From the IMG/VR virus record IMGVR_UViG_3300027734_000039: 64,000 bases of DNA; one strand, written 5' to 3'. Positions 18,602-26,857 of this stretch are shown here, piece after piece. How positions within the stretch are numbered: position 1 is the stretch's first letter; the number at the start of each line of letters is the position of its first letter. Made by a program: the position numbers and the translations under genes. The notes below the pieces were generated by a model. That model was given only the letters and a program-made list of their open reading frames with translations, searched no databases and had not been told where the DNA came from. Source of the DNA: a virus.

Positions 18602-18609
18602 TATTTATA
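18602..18609 (-). promoter_or_regulatory. Late promoter TATAAATA (gp18)
   Basis: Exact consensus in the gp17-gp18 gap. Confidence 0.8.
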
Positions 18610-18621
18610 GAATGCTGGTGC

Positions 18622-20277
18622 TTAGAAATTTTGAGGAGAGTTCCACATCCAGCTGTCTGGCACGTATTTTTCTATGTTTTCGTCATAGTCTTCGTCGCGA
18701 CGCCCATCGTCCATAAACCCAAACGGAGACATATCTTGCTCCATATCTTCTTCGGTTTTTTCTCGAAGGGACATAAGGGTATTTATGTTCGTATAGTCCT
18801 TGAAATATTGCTGCTCGGACAACCAAGCAAAAAGCACAAGACACATAACCAAGTCATCATGTTTACCTGACTCTGCCTCGTATGAAGTTCCCTTTTTAGA
18901 AAAAGTAGAAAGCTCATTGATTGTATGAAAATCGTTAATGATTAACTGGTTTTGTTCAATAAGAAGCTTCATAATCGAACAACCAACAGACTTAACAATT
19001 TTAGTTGTTCTAATACCTTTATCTACGCTACCCCCACCGAAACCACCTGTAATCCTTTTACCAGAACGACCAGCATTTTCTGTAAACAGAACGTTTTCAT
19101 AACCAAAATCATAATGAAGGGAATGTGAAACCTGCTCGCCGATATCGTTTACTTCAACCAAAACGGAAGCGTTATTATACGCCTTTGCTAATCTATGAAT
19201 AGTGTCGGCATAATCTATAGGAGCAATCGCATTATTCCTATAGACACAAACCTGATTGTAAGGCATCTGAGTTACGTCTAATAACTGGAACGCTGAATAG
19301 TCTAATCCCTTACCTCTAGAAACGTCGCAAATCATAATGTAAACATGGTTTTGAAGAGGAGGAGCATATTGAACTAACCCCTCGCGCTCGACCATCGGAG
19401 CTTGGTGAACGAGCTCTTTAAGTTTCCAACCAGCGATAAGCGTACCAGAGCTACCAAGGAATTCACAGTTATATTCCTGATCGAACTTCTCGATATCGAA
19501 GTTCATAGCAGCTAGAGTGTCTTGTTTCCACTTTTCATTTCGACCAGGAACATTTTGCCATAAAACTTTGATAGCTTTATATTGGTTCCTTTGTTCTACA
19601 GCATTTACCCAAATACTATAGAAATGGTTCAACCCATTAGGAGTTGAAACTAGAATAATTTTAGATTCTTGACCTGACGAAATCGTAGGATAAACCGAAG
19701 TGAAAAACTCGTCCCAGTTTTCGATAAAGGCAGATTCGTCGATGAAAAGAAGGTTGATAGAATAACCACGGATAGAATCAGTACTTGTAGCAGCAGCGAT
19801 AACACGACTGTTGTTTTCAAGTTCGAATGAACCCTTATTCCATTCTTTGACGCCTTGCTGGAGCCATTTAGGAAGATGCTGGTAAGCCAACTGGACACGA
19901 CCAAGAATTTCTCTTGCCGTGTCGCCTTTGTTAGCGAGTAAGGCTACGGTTTTATCTGGATTAAAAATAATATACCAAAGAATAAAAGCGCACGTAGTAG
20001 TTGACTTACCAGCCTGACGAGCAGTCGTCACAATATTAAAACGATTATTAGCAAAAGATTGTAACATCTCTTTTTGATAATCGTAAAGTTTGAAGTTAAT
20101 CAAACCTTTATCAATACTAATAATTTTCATATATTTTTCTGTAAAATACACAACGTCCTGTGAGCATCTTACATATTCATTAACTAGATCGGGCGTCCAC
20201 TCAATCGATTGGTTTTCTCGTTTGAGGTTTGCGTTTCCGTTGTACCCTTTAAGGTTATTAAACTGCTGATCCACCAT
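18622..20277 (-). CDS. gp17: Terminase large subunit
   Basis: YNGNANLK, ARQAGKST, FIDESAF, STPNGLNHFY, DVSRGKGLDYS, HDDLVM. Confidence 0.98.
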   Translation of the reverse strand: MVDQQFNNLKGYNGNANLKRENQSIEWTPDLVNEYVRCSQDVVYFTEKYMKIISIDKGLINFKLYDYQKEMLQSFANNRFNIVTTARQAGKSTTTCAFILWYIIFNPDKTVALLANKGDTAREILGRVQLAYQHLPKWLQQGVKEWNKGSFELENNSRVIAAATSTDSIRGYSINLLFIDESAFIENWDEFFTSVYPTISSGQESKIILVSTPNGLNHFYSIWVNAVEQRNQYKAIKVLWQNVPGRNEKWKQDTLAAMNFDIEKFDQEYNCEFLGSSGTLIAGWKLKELVHQAPMVEREGLVQYAPPLQNHVYIMICDVSRGKGLDYSAFQLLDVTQMPYNQVCVYRNNAIAPIDYADTIHRLAKAYNNASVLVEVNDIGEQVSHSLHYDFGYENVLFTENAGRSGKRITGGFGGGSVDKGIRTTKIVKSVGCSIMKLLIEQNQLIINDFHTINELSTFSKKGTSYEAESGKHDDLVMCLVLFAWLSEQQYFKDYTNINTLMSLREKTEEDMEQDMSPFGFMDDGRRDEDYDENIEKYVPDSWMWNSPQNF

Positions 20278-20686
20278 TTTTCATATTCTCAATTACTTTT
20301 TGAAGTTCTGCAGTCGAGCCAACAAACAAATTATTATTAATTGTTTTGGCATGCTCGTTCGTAGGAGCATCTACAGCACTAATTTCACGAATTTTAGTTT
20401 GAAGTTCGAGCAGGTCTTTATTAGCCTGGAGCATAGTGTCCATAAGTTTAGCTAAAACTTCGAATGCTCTTGGGTTTTGAGACTGATCGGCAATTTGAGC
20501 CAAATTATATAAAGCTTCTTGACCGTTTTGTATAACTTCATAAACGTTTGATCTAGCAGCTTCGAAATCGTTTCTCGCGCTATCGTTATGAGCTTCAGCC
20601 ATTATAGTTGCAACTGCTGTAGAATTAGTTTGTGTTTCTAAACCTAAAGCTTTGCCAATCGGATCATTATCTGAATTGTCTGTCAT
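20258..20686 (-). CDS. gp16: Terminase small subunit
   Basis: DFE.AR.N, PRAFEV, NNNLFVGST.ELQK. Confidence 0.93.
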   Translation of the reverse strand: MTDNSDNDPIGKALGLETQTNSTAVATIMAEAHNDSARNDFEAARSNVYEVIQNGQEALYNLAQIADQSQNPRAFEVLAKLMDTMLQANKDLLELQTKIREISAVDAPTNEHAKTINNNLFVGSTAELQKVIENMKNGGSAV

Positions 20687-21546
20687 TCTATCTCATCTTC
20701 GTTGTAAACTTGAGTTATAAACCCATAGTCATCACTTATTTCGATTTCAGCATATGGGACAGAACCTGTATTCGAATTAGGACCGCCAAAATAATTTACA
20801 GGTAACCCATTAGCAGTTAATCCTGGTTGAACCGTTACACGTTCAGAAACAGGAAGTTCTCCCTTGACGCTCGATATTTTACCATCTTCAACATTAGATA
20901 GATAAAAGTTCGTTTCGACAAATTTAATAATTCCAGCTTTTTTAACTGGACCGTATATATAGCCTTTAAGAGTAAAGTCTAATGTCCAAATGATAGCTCG
21001 TCTCTTTTGAAACTGGCCGTCATAATTATCGCTGTATGATATATTATTTAATATGATTGGAATATCCATAACAACTTCAACTTCTGGAATTAAGTTTACT
21101 GTTGTTGTCCAATCAGGAGTAAAATAAGGAAGTATTTGTTCAATAATTTTAGTTCCATCTTCTGCATTTTTAGCATAGATGTAAACCTTAAATTCGATAT
21201 TATAAGGAACAGGGTTATACTGATATTTGAATTTATTAACATCATCAGCATTTTTTACTGAAATTTTATTGATGGTTGGAAGTTTTCTTGAACCATCATA
21301 TGTCATTTTTCCCATTTCAAAAGAAATAAGAGGCAACGGCGCTGTTGCTGTTGGGCGGTCGATAGCAGGATCCTGCGTAACTCGAGCAAGCATCTTATCT
21401 TTTGGGGCGTAAGTTACAGGAACTTTAAGGAGAGCTGTTACATTACCGTCTTTATCGGTTCTTGTAATACGAATATTATTGACGAGTGTTCCCATCAAAA
21501 TAACATATTTGCGGATAAGGCTAAAATAAAACGGTTGACCAAACAT
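20683..21546 (-). CDS. gp15: Tail sheath stabiliser / terminator
   Basis: FY...IRKYV..G.L.N, VPVTYAPK.K, PVPYN, IEQILPYF.P, WTLDFTLKGYIYGP. Confidence 0.95.
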   Translation of the reverse strand: MFGQPFYFSLIRKYVILMGTLVNNIRITRTDKDGNVTALLKVPVTYAPKDKMLARVTQDPAIDRPTATAPLPLISFEMGKMTYDGSRKLPTINKISVKNADDVNKFKYQYNPVPYNIEFKVYIYAKNAEDGTKIIEQILPYFTPDWTTTVNLIPEVEVVMDIPIILNNISYSDNYDGQFQKRRAIIWTLDFTLKGYIYGPVKKAGIIKFVETNFYLSNVEDGKISSVKGELPVSERVTVQPGLTANGLPVNYFGGPNSNTGSVPYAEIEISDDYGFITQVYNEDEIE

Positions 21547-22268
21547 TAAATTGTTCTTTCGCTAAATGGGTCAAATGCCGTGAAATCGACAAATAGATCT
21601 GACTCTGTTTGTATTTCGTCGTTATCTGCAGCCGCAATAAGATCGTTCAATGACGAACCTTCGAGAGTAAGGTAATCGCTATCTTCTGTTAGGATGTTAT
21701 CGCCTTCTTCTGAAATAACAGTCCAATCGAGAATATTAGTGCTGAACTTTTTTTGAAGGACGTCTATTTCTGGTATACCAGTATTCATAGTTTCGCCAGA
21801 ATACTCAAACAACTCACAAGTCATTTCCCAAGTTTGTAATGCACCTAATTGATAGAACATCTCAAACTTGTTAACATACTTAATTTGAAAACATTTATTA
21901 TTAAGCGGAAAGAAAATAAGGTCACCTTCGTTTGGTCTAACCTTAGTCGTGTAGTTTCCAACGTCTTCATTAAAACGTCTTTGAGCAACAGAAAAGATAA
22001 CTTGGTCACGAATTTCAAGACCAAACTTAGACATAAAATTGCCGTCGCCAGCAAACCCATCAACAGATTTAATGTAAATTTCAATAGGGTAAGCGTTTTC
22101 ATAACTTGACTGATCGTCAGCGCCATAAACGTCATCGTAATTGTTTAACTTACGAGGAATGTAAAACATATCTTCACCATAGATGCGAATAGCCTCTATG
22201 ATTAAATTTTCAAGTAAAAGTTGTTCTTGAGAAGCTTGAAAATTATTGAAGAAAAAATTAGTTGCCAT
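21546..22268 (-). CDS. gp14: Neck protein
   Basis: EQ.L.E.L..E.I.IYG.D..YIPR, SKFGLEIRD, RPNEGDLIF, CELFEYS. Confidence 0.95.
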   Translation of the reverse strand: MATNFFFNNFQASQEQLLLENLIIEAIRIYGEDMFYIPRKLNNYDDVYGADDQSSYENAYPIEIYIKSVDGFAGDGNFMSKFGLEIRDQVIFSVAQRRFNEDVGNYTTKVRPNEGDLIFFPLNNKCFQIKYVNKFEMFYQLGALQTWEMTCELFEYSGETMNTGIPEIDVLQKKFSTNILDWTVISEEGDNILTEDSDYLTLEGSSLNDLIAAADNDEIQTESDLFVDFTAFDPFSERTI

Positions 22269-23008
22269 TAGCCTATCATGTCCGTAACTGGAAGTGAATA
22301 GCTATAAACCATTTCTTTTTCTAATTCTTCTCTTTCTTTTGTAGCTTCGTTATAAATTTGCTGACCATTGAAAGTTAAGCCTCCAGGCATTTTCATACCT
22401 TCGAACTTTTTTAAGTTTGTTCCCCACTGCTGTTTAATTAAGCAAGCGGTATAACGTAGCAACCAACGATCCGACCAAGCATCTGTATATGTTGTAGGAT
22501 CAAGAACTTCATAAGCTTCTACAATTAAATAATTACCTGTTTCTAATCTTTCCCAATCCATATCTAGATATAATTTGTTAACGTGACGATTATATCTCAA
22601 TGGTTGCTGACCAACAAGCATCTGTTCAAGAAATTGAATATGGTTCATGGCCATATAGTATGGTACCATCGAAACAGATGTAAGGGTATAAAGATCGTTC
22701 AATGCGATCTGATAGCGGATATTAAAAAGGTTATTTGTATTGAGAGCATTTCCGATAGGGAAAATATTAACAGCGCCAATAATGTTTTCTGGTAAAGTTA
22801 TATATTTGTTAGTTTTATCTGTATCAGTTACTAAATGTTTATAATATATTTTCGACGAGCCGTCAAAGTGATAATCCCAAAAATAACGTAGAGCTTCGTC
22901 AATACGATCTTCTACTTGATCGTCATCAACGTTAATTTCGATAACTGGTTTACCTAAACGACGTAAGCAATTTTCTTTAAAGTCGGCTCTAGTTGTTGGC
23001 GTTGCCAT
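22268..23008 (-). CDS. gp13: Neck protein
   Basis: CLRRLGKPVIEINVDDDQVEDRIDEAL, KQQWG.NL.KF, PGG.T.NG. Confidence 0.96.
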   Translation of the reverse strand: MATPTTRADFKENCLRRLGKPVIEINVDDDQVEDRIDEALRYFWDYHFDGSSKIYYKHLVTDTDKTNKYITLPENIIGAVNIFPIGNALNTNNLFNIRYQIALNDLYTLTSVSMVPYYMAMNHIQFLEQMLVGQQPLRYNRHVNKLYLDMDWERLETGNYLIVEAYEVLDPTTYTDAWSDRWLLRYTACLIKQQWGTNLKKFEGMKMPGGLTFNGQQIYNEATKEREELEKEMVYSYSLPVTDMIG

Positions 23009-23036
23009 TTTATAATCCTTAAAACGTTTTTATTAT

Positions 23037-23186
23037 TTATTCAGGTATCTCGACCCAATTTTTAATGGATTCGTCCCAATGATAAGTTTTACCGTCAGTA
23101 GGATATGGAACTGGGGGGTCCCATGCACCGTTTACGAAAATCCAGCTATCATATGGTTTTGGAACACTAGCCTGGGAAACTGCCAT
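23037..23186 (-). CDS. 49-aa Trp/Pro-rich protein (not in ORF track)
   Basis: MAVSQASVPKPYDSWIFVNGAWDPPVPYPTDGKTYHWDESIKNWVEIPE*; AAGGA RBS; late promoter at 23221-23228. Confidence 0.7.
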   Translation of the reverse strand: MAVSQASVPKPYDSWIFVNGAWDPPVPYPTDGKTYHWDESIKNWVEIPE

Positions 23187-23197
23187 TTTATGGTCCT

Positions 23198-23205
23198 TAT
23201 AAATA
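23198..23205 (+). promoter_or_regulatory. Late promoter TATAAATA driving the plus-strand oxygenase trio
   Basis: Exact consensus 39 nt upstream of ATG 23244. Confidence 0.65.
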
Positions 23206-23220
23206 TATATGATTTTTTAG

Positions 23221-23228
23221 TATTTATA
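23221..23228 (-). promoter_or_regulatory. Late promoter TATAAATA driving the 49-aa ORF and gp13
   Basis: Exact consensus on the minus strand. Confidence 0.7.
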
Positions 23229-23243
23229 AAACTAGGAAGCTGT

Positions 23244-23735
23244 ATGAATTTTGATTTTCTTTACAATAAACGTTTTTTACAAGCTCGAAACGCCAAAAAA
23301 TCCTATTTTTTCGATTCTATTGATATACCTGTTTTATCTTGGGAAACAGTTTTAGAAGAACTCGAAACCCATATAACTGGTGGGCTAGATTACGAGAGCA
23401 AAAACAACTTAAGGTTTATTTTGTTCGAAATGCGTAATAAAACCGTTTCGCAGTTCGTAAAACAATACTCAAAACTAGACCCGAAATTACACTGTGGTGC
23501 TCATTGTTATGTAAACCTGATGTCTAAGTCGGGGGAAAACGGAAGGCATAAAGACCCAGCCGATGTTTTATTTTGGCAAGTTGTTGGTTCTACACAATGG
23601 TCTATAGAAGACGATAATATAAAAACATATATACTAGAGCCAGGTAAAGCTGTATATGTTCCAGCTGGAATGTATCATAGCGTTACTTCATTATCCCCTC
23701 GTGCTGGCATTTCTTTTGGATTAGATTATGAGTAA
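23244..23735 (+). CDS. JmjC/cupin-4-like oxygenase
   Basis: Start MNFDFL after AGGAAG; RHKDPADVLFWQVVG.T.W...LEPG..VYVPAGMYH.V...R.GISFG (HxD...H). Confidence 0.8.
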   Translation: MNFDFLYNKRFLQARNAKKSYFFDSIDIPVLSWETVLEELETHITGGLDYESKNNLRFILFEMRNKTVSQFVKQYSKLDPKLHCGAHCYVNLMSKSGENGRHKDPADVLFWQVVGSTQWSIEDDNIKTYILEPGKAVYVPAGMYHSVTSLSPRAGISFGLDYE

Positions 23736-24243
23736 TATGTTTCATAAAATATTTACGCTCGAAAACCACAACGAGCTAAAACCTAAAATCATAAAATCAA
23801 TTAAAGAGTTTTCAGCGAAATCTTTAACCAACTCGACAGATTCTATAACTAGAACTGATTGGAATATACCTGAAAACGTTCCAAGACCGTACTTCGATTA
23901 TATCAAACCTTTTATCGAAAACGAGTATATGGATTATGTAAGATACCTTGGTGGAAAAAGCGCAGAGATTCATAACTTATGGTTTCAGCAATATTATAAA
24001 ACAGACACCCATACAACGCACTGCCATCCAGGTTCTCATTTCAGTAACATCTATTATGTAGAACTTCCTCATAAGTTTCAACGAACGGAGTTTTATAATC
24101 CGTTTGAAAAAACATTTTTTCAATTTAATGCCGAAGAGGGAGATATATTAACTTTCCCTGCTTACTACGCTCACAGGTCGCCAGTAAATAATAGCGACGA
24201 TAGGAAAACTGTTGTTGTTTTCAATAGTTCGATAGAGGTTTAA
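23728..24243 (+). CDS. 2OG-Fe(II) oxygenase (TIGR02466-like, HxH)
   Basis: WFQQY...H..HCHP...SNIYYV...EGDILTFPAY..H.S..N....RK.V.FN. Confidence 0.8.
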   Translation: MSNMFHKIFTLENHNELKPKIIKSIKEFSAKSLTNSTDSITRTDWNIPENVPRPYFDYIKPFIENEYMDYVRYLGGKSAEIHNLWFQQYYKTDTHTTHCHPGSHFSNIYYVELPHKFQRTEFYNPFEKTFFQFNAEEGDILTFPAYYAHRSPVNNSDDRKTVVVFNSSIEV

Positions 24244-24244
24244 T

Positions 24245-24877
24245 ATGAACGTTGTTGGTCTATTTCCTACGCCATTTTATGTTGAAAATATAGAACAAAA
24301 ATTAGACATGAAAGAGATCGATCTATTAGTCGAGCTTTCAACTCAAAAAGAAAACCTTATAGAAAATATAGGAAACGGTAATTCTTTTTATAAAGATACT
24401 AAAATATTGAAATCGTTACCAAACCTTAACTTAGAACTAACAAAAAAAGTTAATGAGTTTCTCTCAAACATTTTTGGCGAACATAATTCTAAATTAACAA
24501 TAACTCAATCTTGGTTGAATATAAACCCTACAGATACGTATCATCATATGCATTCCCATAAGAATAGCATAGTAAGTGGAGTTTTATATATCGAATGCGA
24601 TGAAAATAGCGGAGCTTTCAAATTATATAAACCAGAAGCTTTGTGTCGAAACGTAGGAGGGATTATAAACGAACATAATCCATTTACATATGATTTTGTA
24701 AAGTTCGTCCCTAATAAATTTGATCTTTATTTATTTCCAAGTAACTTGAAGCATTCGGTTGATACTAACAAATCAACTACAAGTAGACTTTCGCTAGCGT
24801 TTAATACGTTTTATATCGGAGAAGTTGATTCAGTATACGATTCTTTATCGCAGCTTACTATTACTGAATGTTCATAA
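24245..24877 (+). CDS. 2OG-Fe(II) oxygenase (TIGR02466-like, HxH)
   Basis: LFPTP, SWLNIN...HHMHSHKNSIVSGVLYI, LFPSNLKHSV..N....RLSLAFN. Confidence 0.88.
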   Translation: MNVVGLFPTPFYVENIEQKLDMKEIDLLVELSTQKENLIENIGNGNSFYKDTKILKSLPNLNLELTKKVNEFLSNIFGEHNSKLTITQSWLNINPTDTYHHMHSHKNSIVSGVLYIECDENSGAFKLYKPEALCRNVGGIINEHNPFTYDFVKFVPNKFDLYLFPSNLKHSVDTNKSTTSRLSLAFNTFYIGEVDSVYDSLSQLTITECS

Positions 24878-25460
24878 ACTGACTTAAACAGTAACGACCG
24901 TTTCCTTTGTAACCGCAGTATTCGGGATCCATTTTAACTTCCGTAACTTCGTGTTTTACATGAGAAGGAAACATAATCATCATATTGTTTTCTATTTCAA
25001 CAGTTTCGTTATATTTCGTAAAAATAAGGTTACCACCAGTGAACTTTTTAGGCTCTTTAAACACCCATTGAAGCGCCGTTATAGAAGCTACATCTCTGTG
25101 TGATTTGTAATAACCACTATTTTCATAATAACTTAATAACGTAGAATCATTATTAATCATAAAAATGTTTTCATACATTTCATGTAAGTTGCTATAGAGT
25201 TTAAAAATATCTGCAGAAAATGTTTTTCTATTTATTTTTAAAATATTAGAAAAAGATCTATCGCAATAAACTTCGTCAATAAAAACACCATGATTGTGTT
25301 TCATATCAATTTTCTGTTGACCAGTTTTTTGAGGAGGTTGTAGCTTATTTTGGTAAGTTAAGAAATCTAACTCTTGCCATATTAATTTAAGCTCTTCTTC
25401 TGTATAATAATTTTTAATTTTCAAATATGGAAATGATTTTTTATCGTTACATACGTCCAT
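24861..25460 (-). CDS. Prolyl-4-hydroxylase-like 2OG-Fe(II) oxygenase
   Basis: YY..HRD, FTGGNLIF, MFPSHVKHEV, GRY. Confidence 0.85.
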   Translation of the reverse strand: MDVCNDKKSFPYLKIKNYYTEEELKLIWQELDFLTYQNKLQPPQKTGQQKIDMKHNHGVFIDEVYCDRSFSNILKINRKTFSADIFKLYSNLHEMYENIFMINNDSTLLSYYENSGYYKSHRDVASITALQWVFKEPKKFTGGNLIFTKYNETVEIENNMMIMFPSHVKHEVTEVKMDPEYCGYKGNGRYCLSQFMNIQ

Positions 25461-25981
25461 TAAATAATTTCCTTCAACTTAAACGCAATCGTAACTCTAA
25501 GTTCAGGGCAGTATCTAGTAGGTTCTAAACCAACATGATTCAATGTACTATTAAACAATATACCTGTATTTTTAATAGGAATGATTGTATCTATTTGGCC
25601 ATTTGTTTGTACAATTTGAGTTACACCTCCCCAATTTAAATCCCAAATCGGGTTAGCATAATAAACAAACGTATAATATAGTTCTGGAGCATAATCTGTA
25701 TGTACGTCTGTATGTAGATTTCCAGGCTGGCCATATGTTTGGCCATTTGCATAAACTCTTTTTATTTCAAATTTTTTATCAGATATTGTTTCGATAATTT
25801 TTAAAAAGTCGTTTTTAAAAAAAAGATCGTTTTCTAAATCCATATACCAAAATTTATAATCGGATGGGTTTTTGCTATAACCGATATATTTCCACTGACC
25901 GTTTAAAATTGTTTTTTCTAAAACGTAATTATATTGTTCGTCATTTAATACATTATAAAAGTATTTCACATTAAACTCCAT
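25460..25981 (-). CDS. 2OG-Fe(II) oxygenase
   Basis: RVYANGQTYGQPG.LHTD, W...WGG.T, ILF.S.L.H.G..P.......R.TIAFK. Confidence 0.85.
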   Translation of the reverse strand: MEFNVKYFYNVLNDEQYNYVLEKTILNGQWKYIGYSKNPSDYKFWYMDLENDLFFKNDFLKIIETISDKKFEIKRVYANGQTYGQPGNLHTDVHTDYAPELYYTFVYYANPIWDLNWGGVTQIVQTNGQIDTIIPIKNTGILFNSTLNHVGLEPTRYCPELRVTIAFKLKEII

Positions 25982-25984
25982 AAA

Positions 25985-26857
25985 TTAAATATTATTTTGA
26001 GACCCGTAAATTGTTCCTACTTGAGCAAACTGAACATAATTCGAACCTAATATAGAAGCACCACCTTCTCCTGGAGTTGTTGAAGAACCCTGTTGCCCCG
26101 CTCCGCCCGCTTGACCTAAACCGCCACCAGAACCACCTTGGCCACCACTATTAAACGCTTGACCGTTTGTGCCACCTGGTAAACCACCAGCAGTTAACGA
26201 ACCCACTTGACCTTCACCACCACCAGCGTGCTGACCACCAGAACCAACTACATAACCTGCACCACCGCCACCGCCAGCACCACCGTGACCTCTTCTTGGT
26301 CGTTGGTTGTCTTCATAACCACGACCTCCGTTACCACCGCCTCCGCCTCCGCCAATAACGCCAACGTTATAAAGGATAGTTGGTGCACCATTTATTAAAA
26401 GCGCAGTACCACCTGCTTGACCTTGACCGCCTTGTGATGGTCCTGGGTTTGAATAAGTTCCTGTACCACCATTACCGCCTTTGCCGACGATATAACCAGC
26501 ATTTTGTATAGTTATAAGATCGCCTGTAGCACCTTGTATGTTTAAACCATAATTAGAAGTAGTAGTTGCTCCTAATACAACTTCAGAACCAATACTAACA
26601 ACTCCATATGTTTTCCCTGGGGATGGAGATGTAAATACGTAATCTGTTTGATTAGTATTAAGCGTTGTTATTAAAGCTGCATGACTTAGCAAATTATTTG
26701 ATGATATAATAGTTCCGGAATTTGTTTGAACACCAGTTCCGCCAACTGATGCAAGGTTTCTTACATCAGCATCATTGAAAGACAAGGTTGCTGTAGCTTG
26801 TCTCCCTAATTCCGTATTAATAGCCGAAAAACTTAGTGAACTTGCGGGTAAAGTCAT
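25985..26857 (-). CDS. Glycine-rich fibre-tip adhesin (T2/S16 gp38-like polyglycine protein)
   Basis: IQNAGYIVGKGGNGG, N.G.IGGGGGGG and further polyglycine runs; directly downstream of an S74-capped fibre. Confidence 0.65.
   Translation of the reverse strand: MTLPASSLSFSAINTELGRQATATLSFNDADVRNLASVGGTGVQTNSGTIISSNNLLSHAALITTLNTNQTDYVFTSPSPGKTYGVVSIGSEVVLGATTTSNYGLNIQGATGDLITIQNAGYIVGKGGNGGTGTYSNPGPSQGGQGQAGGTALLINGAPTILYNVGVIGGGGGGGNGGRGYEDNQRPRRGHGGAGGGGGAGYVVGSGGQHAGGGEGQVGSLTAGGLPGGTNGQAFNSGGQGGSGGGLGQAGGAGQQGSSTTPGEGGASILGSNYVQFAQVGTIYGSQNNI

Noticed and set aside
23079-23243. 55-aa N-terminal extension of the JmjC-like ORF
   Set aside because: It overlaps the antisense 49-aa gene and the promoters; the RBS supports ATG 23244
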